Part shown: piece by piece, positions 57,645 to 64,000 of the stretch
How the letters are laid out: each line of letters starts with the position of its first letter
Numbering within the stretch: the first letter of the stretch is position 1
Origin: Eukaryota sp. TZLM1-RC
Taxonomy: Eukaryota > Protista > Metamonada: BaSk clade
DNA length: 64,000 bases
Assembly (NCBI GenBank): GCA_040285825.1
Contig: JAUPSS010000002.1
Span: 2,356,001-2,420,000 of the forward strand
Reading direction: 5' to 3'
Notes under the pieces: generated by a model
Database searches by the model: none
What the model was told of the DNA's origin: nothing
The model's input: the letters and a program-made list of their open reading frames with translations, nothing else
Position numbers and translations under genes: made by a program

Positions 57645-59445
57645 TTACTTGAAACTTATGTTACTTATTAAAATGACACAACAAGATTTCCCTGATTTGC
57701 GTATTGTTGCCTATATGGATGACATTTCTATTATTGGTTCTTTTGAAAGCATTTCTAGGGTCTCTGAAGACATTGCGGCGAAATACAAAGAAATTGGATT
57801 AGCTTTGAACCCATCTAAATGTCTCTTGATTGGTAGAGAAAAACAATCTTTGATGATTGGTGGAGCTCAGATTCCTTTTATCAATTATGACCAACAAGCT
57901 TTTAAGTTTCTTGGATGTTGGCCTGGCAATTTGGATGAAATTTATTTCCAGTTAAACAATTTATTGGAGAAGTTTGACAAGGATCTTAGTTTTATTGCTG
58001 AATGTGACATTGAGAAACACATCAAATTTTTTATTTTAAAAATTTGTTATTCTGGAAAATTCACTCATATTTTAAGGTCAACTCCCCCATCGGTATCTCT
58101 CAATTTTTGCAGATCTTTTAACAAACTTCGAGTCAAATTGATTTCTTCTTTATTAGAAGTAAATGAATCTTTAATTCGAAGTCATGTATTTTGTTCAGCA
58201 GATTTGGGTGGAATTGGATTCACCAAATCTTCGATTCTGTGTAAAGCAGCATTTTTGGGAGGTGGTAAAAATTTTGTTTTTGAATTTTTCCAAAGGTTCC
58301 CTTTTGATGTTCATCTGATCAATGGTGAATCAAATTTTTACTTGAATCAACTGCAATTTGAATTAGAAAATTTGCCTAGTGATATCTGGATTCAGTGTTT
58401 TCCTCAAAATGTTCAAGAAATTCCCACCCGATCACTTCCAAATTTACGTTTTTGCTTGAAAAAGCTTCAGCACCATTTGGTTAAATTATATGAAGGCTTG
58501 GATTATGAAGTAAGACTTGGCTTGGCCAAAACTAAAAATCCCGCTTGCGGTAATTTTTTAAAGGATATTCGTGATAGTTCAGCTGCTGCTTTAGTAACTC
58601 AAGTTCCCTCTGTTTATGGACTTTTGTTAAAAAACAATGAATGGCTTCTAAACATGCGTTTTCGTTGTTTTCTGTGGCCAAACAATTTGCCTAATCATTT
58701 AACTTGTAAATGTGGTAAACCTCTTTTGTTTACTCATCTTTTGAACTGTAAACATTTCATTACGTTTAGAAGCAAAGTGCATAATAACGTCAGGGACCAA
58801 ATTTATGTAATGTGCAAATCATATCGAGTAGATTCCTTTTTAGAACCGCTGTTATCAAAATTAATTCTTGATGATCCCAATATTGATAGTACGCGTTACA
58901 ACAGAGCTTCTATGGGTCTGACTAGAGGTGATCTAGTTGTTCCTGGTTTAAATGGTAGTTTTACTATTTTGGACGCCATGTCTATTGACCCTTGTAATTC
59001 CTCTAACGAACATTTCATTAACTCGGATGTAAATAATCCTCTTCTTGCAGGCGAAAAATATAAAATTGCTAAATATGCGAAACCCATTTCCTCGGTTAAT
59101 GAAAATTCTCATGCCCAATATAATTTATGTCCTTTTGTTTTTTCCTTGCTCGGATCTCAAGGTAAGGCTGCTATGAATTTCATTGAGGATTTTAAGGTAG
59201 TTGTAAAGGAAAGAACTGGAAGAATTTTCAATCGTGTTTACTGGCAAAACGGTATTGTCTTTTCTATTTTTTAAGGAAATGGTGAACTTAATTTCTGATT
59301 CACTCTCTTCTTTTGGTAAATTTTCTGAATCTTTAGAAATTAACTGTTGCGATGTAGGGGAGGCAGGTTTTGAGGATGTGGAGCTTTAGTTGTCTATTTG
59401 ATGATTTTTTTATTCCTTGTTCGATAAATAATATTTAGTTGAAAA
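57645..59445 (+). mobile_element. Family C RLE non-LTR element (longest copy; RT motifs 5-7, CCHC, endonuclease; ORF 57649-59274)
   Basis: AYMDDI, IGLALNPSKC, FKFLG, LGGIG, CKCG..HLLNC, TRGDLVV..ILD..EKYK. Confidence 0.93.
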
Positions 59446-59504
59446 AAGTATGATATTGATTGAGTTACAGTTTTCTGTTCAGTTTTCAATCTAGAAATCT
59501 TTGA

Positions 59505-60038
59505 ATGCCCCAAATTTGGTTAGATTCTGAAGAATCGGAGCCTACTATTACACATTCAGCAACATCTACCGAGTCAACAGCATTTGATGAAGGTTTTGAA
59601 CTTGGGCAGAAACTTGTATCTTTCTTCAAAAGTGGAGGAACGACTGATCCTCTCACTACACAAGAGCTCTCTAAAGTACGTTCTGGTTTAATAGAGTGTG
59701 GAATACCTGTTCCAGAGCACTGTACTGCCGAACAATTAATGGACCTTGTTTCATCTCTTGCATTACAGCAAGCACAAGTTGCAGCAGATCCTATTGATTT
59801 TTGGCGCTGTGTACTTGATCGACTGAAACATTATATTGAAAAGGAAATAAATTGTGACAGTGAGCTTCCGTGTCGTAGAAAACAGATTAATATTATCACT
59901 AATATTGTAGCAGAATTAAGCAATTCAGACAATAATGCAACTGAAAGGATAACAGAACTATTGGAAGAGCTTGCCAATTGCGGGGAACTTCCTGAATCTG
60001 TTTTGGATGGTCTGATCAAAGAGAATGAGAGTTGTTAG
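59505..60038 (+). CDS. Hypothetical protein (177 aa)
   Basis: ATG-started ORF with host-like composition; no family recognised. Confidence 0.6.
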   Translation: MPQIWLDSEESEPTITHSATSTESTAFDEGFELGQKLVSFFKSGGTTDPLTTQELSKVRSGLIECGIPVPEHCTAEQLMDLVSSLALQQAQVAADPIDFWRCVLDRLKHYIEKEINCDSELPCRRKQINIITNIVAELSNSDNNATERITELLEELANCGELPESVLDGLIKENESC

Positions 60039-60863
60039 CAGTCTTTCTTGAACAGTCTTTGTAGATAAACTCCACATACAATCCATTGATGAAGTTTTTC
60101 CACCCAAATCTTCAATTTTATCTGTTTTGCATTAAATAATAATAAGAATAATAATTGCGAAAAAGAATAGCTTGGTTCCATTGAAAGCTTTCTCATACTC
60201 ATTGTAACCATTTCTTATTGCGAAGCCAGTCGACATTATGTTAAGCCGTTCAGATTTTTGCAATTGTTGAATCCAGAATCCGTAATAATAAAGGACCGAT
60301 ATATTTGAGTAGAATTTAGTTTTTAAATTTAGTTTTTGAAATTGTTCCACACGAATGTGATGAAGTCAACTATTACATTGGGTTCCGTAAACTTTATAAG
60401 ACTGAGAAGTTAATACTATCTAGTTCCAAAATCAGGAGAAATAAATTATGAATTATATAAAAAACAATTCTACTTCAAGGTACTGAAACCTAATCGAAAA
60501 AACCAAAGTCATCAAAAAACTTATAAGTCGTTGTCATCTACGGGTTCTGATGATCCTCTTACCAAAATATTGTGACTGCCCACCATCTATTTTCAGCAAC
60601 GCTACAGCAATCAGCATCAGACTTAAGATCGACATTTATTGTTGCAAGAAATCTAGACAAAAATGTATTTAAAAAGATAATCATTTTTGTCCCGCCTTTG
60701 TTCCTATAATGAGTTTCAACCTTCTTGGTCGATGTTACAATTTATTCAAAAATGAGATTATATGGAAAAAACAGAGTGAAAGATAACTATAGACAACCAT
60801 GAGTCAAGATCTACAATACAAATTTACAAGAACAAAAACAAAAGCTATAAATCAATATTAAAC

Positions 60864-61853
60864 TCACTTATGCCAATCACATTTAACAAATCTTATATCA
60901 CTTACAGAACTTCCAGTCAAACTACTATACAGCCTAATGAAAACACCAACCCAGTGACCGTAATCAGGCTTCTCTTCAAAACCAAGTTTCTTTACATAGG
61001 AAAGGAAATCGGAAAACTCTATTGGGACATTATTAAACCATCCACAGAGTCCATTAATTTTCTTCTTTTTCATTTGGTCAAGGACCCATTGTCTATCTTT
61101 ACCATCAAAGTCAATATCCCACCATGGCAGAGTTCCCTTCAAGAGATACAAAAGCGTGTAACAGACTGATTCAAGATCATCTCTTCTTGAAAGAGTACAT
61201 CCATTGTGACTATTGATTGAAGCAAATCTAGGGGTACCAATAAGAGAGACATCATCACGTTGATCAAACGGAATGTGATTACGAGTGATTGGATCTTGCC
61301 AGTTACAAACCAAGCCTAAATCAATCATTCGTAGTTCATTTACACTACTATCCAATCCCATCAAAAAGTTTGCTGGCTTGACATCTCTATGAATGTACCC
61401 ATTTTCATGGAAGGCTTCCAGTATTTGTATCATCAGTACAGCGAGTACACAGCAGGTAGAAGGAGAGAAACGTTTGTGGTTCGAAGCAACGTATTCATTT
61501 ACCAATTGGAAGACATCCTCTAATGACGGGCCAAGAAGTCTCATTACAAGAGCCCTGTAACCATGTTGCTCACCATACCACAAAAAGTCCGGAGGTTGGT
61601 CTGGGGGCTTGATGAAGGATCCGACTTCGGCATAGACTTTTGCTTCCCATGCAAGACTAGATTTGCGATTGTTCTTGCGTTTCTTTTCGATTTTGACAGC
61701 TATGGGTTCGTTTGTGTCAAGAATTTCACCACTAAAGACAGAACCGAAGGAACCAGATCCTACTCTACGCGAGGTATCACAGAGAAAGCGGTTGGCAAAA
61801 ACGAGACGTGAGTCACTAGAAGAAGAACTGAATAAGCCACAGTGACAACGCAT
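60864..61853 (-). CDS. Casein kinase 1 family kinase
   Basis: GSGSFG, AVKIE, LLGPSLED, IHRDVKPANFL, GTPRFASIN, SRRDDLES, LPW. Confidence 0.93.
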   Translation of the reverse strand: MRCHCGLFSSSSSDSRLVFANRFLCDTSRRVGSGSFGSVFSGEILDTNEPIAVKIEKKRKNNRKSSLAWEAKVYAEVGSFIKPPDQPPDFLWYGEQHGYRALVMRLLGPSLEDVFQLVNEYVASNHKRFSPSTCCVLAVLMIQILEAFHENGYIHRDVKPANFLMGLDSSVNELRMIDLGLVCNWQDPITRNHIPFDQRDDVSLIGTPRFASINSHNGCTLSRRDDLESVCYTLLYLLKGTLPWWDIDFDGKDRQWVLDQMKKKKINGLCGWFNNVPIEFSDFLSYVKKLGFEEKPDYGHWVGVFIRLYSSLTGSSVSDIRFVKCDWHK

Positions 61854-62718
61854 TCATGGAGATTCAATTATAAAAGTCACATTTTACAACTCAACAACAA
61901 ACCTTAACTAATACTTTTTCTACTACGAACCCTATCAACTAAATGACGGGAGATTTTCGCTAGTCACTTGTATATCAACTCGATTGTTATAAAACTCCGT
62001 AATAATATTCAAAATGCAGTCAAAATAACGAGGAAGAGCTTTAAATAACGAAAATACGATTCTGTTCTTCCAAATCAGAAAATCAAATCAACAAATTGTG
62101 TTCAGTAAATTGTTTCAAATTATTATTATACATTTTATTTTAAGGTGTGTTTGCACCAGGTGGCGTTCAGTGCCTTATTGAGTGAGACTCATTTCTCTCC
62201 TTCATTCCTTCCAAAGACGTCTATGTTTCTATGTTTTACATTTCAATGCCCTGAACTAGAAGAAGTTCTCAAACTTCAAACAATGAGAAATATGATCAAA
62301 TGTTGAGGCTCAAATAGAATAAATTATTAAATAAGAGATCTTAAATAGAATAAGTGCAAAACAAATCTACTTTGTATCATTCATATGTTATACATTGCCT
62401 TTTTTCCAAATTGGTTGACCTACTGTTACAGAAATGTAAAACTAAAACCAATGCTAGATTTAATCAGTTTTTGTAAATCGATTAGATAGAATCGATCTCA
62501 ACTACTGTAATACGTGAGTAGTAATGTCATGATCTCCAGGATTTGACAATGAAGTTGTATGAACCACTTTGCAATTTTGTATTATTGTGGCGAAATTGAC
62601 TGCCTCTCAATCCTTCTATCTTTTTCTCATATCTACAAGCTTTCATTTGGTTTTTGATGTGACTTTGAGAACAAACTAATATAATAGATAAAGTGACATT
62701 ATCACTAAGATCAAAATA

Positions 62719-63571
62719 CAGTAACCTCTCTATAACTTCTCGCTATATAACTTCTCACTCTCTATAAATTCTCGTTTTTTCTAAGAAACATTTTCTAAGA
62801 AAAATATTGCCAATAATTGTTACTGAAAGAGTCACACAGGACAATTTCCACATAACCACATTTTGAAATTCCAACAAATTTGGAATTGTAAATCTACTCA
62901 CCTGAATTGATGAACGAACTTCTTCCTGAATGAATTTTTTAAATGATGGTGTGAATTTTGTTGCACTCATTGACCATCCATTTGGTGTTTGTGCAACAAT
63001 TGGATATACAAAATCACCATGACGATAAATTGAAATAATATTTGTTTCAGTTAATAGTTCTTTTCCAACAAGTAGTGATAAAATTCCCTCGACATTTTCC
63101 TCTTCATTGAAAATTAAAAGAATATAATTTTGTTTCAATGCAGAAATAAAAGGATTTGAACCAACAATTCCCATTTGTGATTCTAAAATAGTTTCAATTG
63201 TGTCATATCCCTCCAAATTTTGTCGAAGAATGAATGTTTTTACATCAAATAATTTTGCAAGTCTATTTGGCAAATAACAAAGTCGATGTGATGCAACATA
63301 ACCACATTTTGAAATTGACATATTGTATACTCTTAATGAAGCAGAGAGTGAGTTAGAAACCGTTAGACTAAAGAGGAAGAAACAAATTCCGTTGATGAAC
63401 TTTCTAACACCTAAGTTGAATGAAATTGCATCTGAAGTTATTGATATCGAATAAACTTGTAATCTCAATAGGTTTAATGATAGTAATCAAGGAATTGTAT
63501 AAGTTCTCGCTTTCTATAAGTTCTCGGTTTTAGTTGGTTCCCAAGACCGAGAAGTTATAGAGAGGTTACTG
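62719..63571. mobile_element. Tc1/mariner-pogo-like non-autonomous element with perfect 24-bp TIRs and TA TSD
   Basis: TA|CAGTAACCTCTCTATAACTTCTCG ... CGAGAAGTTATAGAGAGGTTACTG|TA; subterminal TATAA(C/G)TTCTC repeats. Confidence 0.88.
62755..63468 (-). CDS. Unrecognised ORF carried inside the TIR element
   Basis: 237 open codons in very AT-rich DNA, first ATG ~63321; no DDE motif recognised; stop lies in the subterminal repeats. Confidence 0.4.
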   Translation of the reverse strand: MRLQVYSISITSDAISFNLGVRKFINGICFFLFSLTVSNSLSASLRVYNMSISKCGYVASHRLCYLPNRLAKLFDVKTFILRQNLEGYDTIETILESQMGIVGSNPFISALKQNYILLIFNEEENVEGILSLLVGKELLTETNIISIYRHGDFVYPIVAQTPNGWSMSATKFTPSFKKFIQEEVRSSIQVSRFTIPNLLEFQNVVMWKLSCVTLSVTIIGNIFLRKCFLEKTRIYRE

Positions 63572-64000
63572 TAAATGATGGATTTTGTGTTAATTTTGAG
63601 TAAAAAGTCGAAATTTTTTCCATTGACCACCAAAAATACCCCCTTTTTATTCTTGTTTTCTGAATTATTCGGGAAATTCTGTAAAGAGTTTTTCCTTTGT
63701 AATTTTTCGGCTTCAATGTTCAAATAACGACCACAGCATTCTAGATAGTTTACTCTGCACTATTTCGACCACTCTTTACATCGTATCACAAGAATCGAAA
63801 CACATTCATCGGATAAGAACGAGAATATGAATTTCAATTATTTGTCAATGTTAGAGACTGAAACTCAATTTTATTTTCAAAGGTCATTCACAAAGACAAA
63901 TTGTTGAGAAATTGTTTTTAGGTTTTGAATAAAATTAAAATTAATTAAAAAAAATTGTTGAGAAACACAATATTATATAATTCCAATATTGAATTCTCTT

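Overview
AT-rich eukaryotic DNA from a flagellated protist with a compact genome (DRC7 present, standard genetic code, GT-AG introns of only 28-32 nt). About 13 host genes, often in tightly convergent pairs, and one tRNA-Gly(TCC) are embedded in dense mobile-element sequence. This includes more than 20 5'-truncated non-LTR retrotransposons of the restriction-like-endonuclease type (about 5 families), two chromodomain-type Ty3/Gypsy elements, a 1.1-kb gag-only LTR element, hAT and pogo-like DNA-transposon relics, and at least nine Fanzor (eukaryotic TnpB-like RNA-guided nuclease) loci from several families. The best candidate for an undescribed system is one Fanzor family present in three copies (15917-18129, 27603-29938, 31539-31875). 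A ~650-aa protein with an NLS and a complete rearranged RuvC triad can be reconstructed from them. It is followed by a ~275-nt structured non-coding 3' segment (candidate omegaRNA) with a sharp right boundary 38-60 nt upstream of a co-oriented host start codon. All calls come from motif recognition and by-eye alignment; no searches were run.
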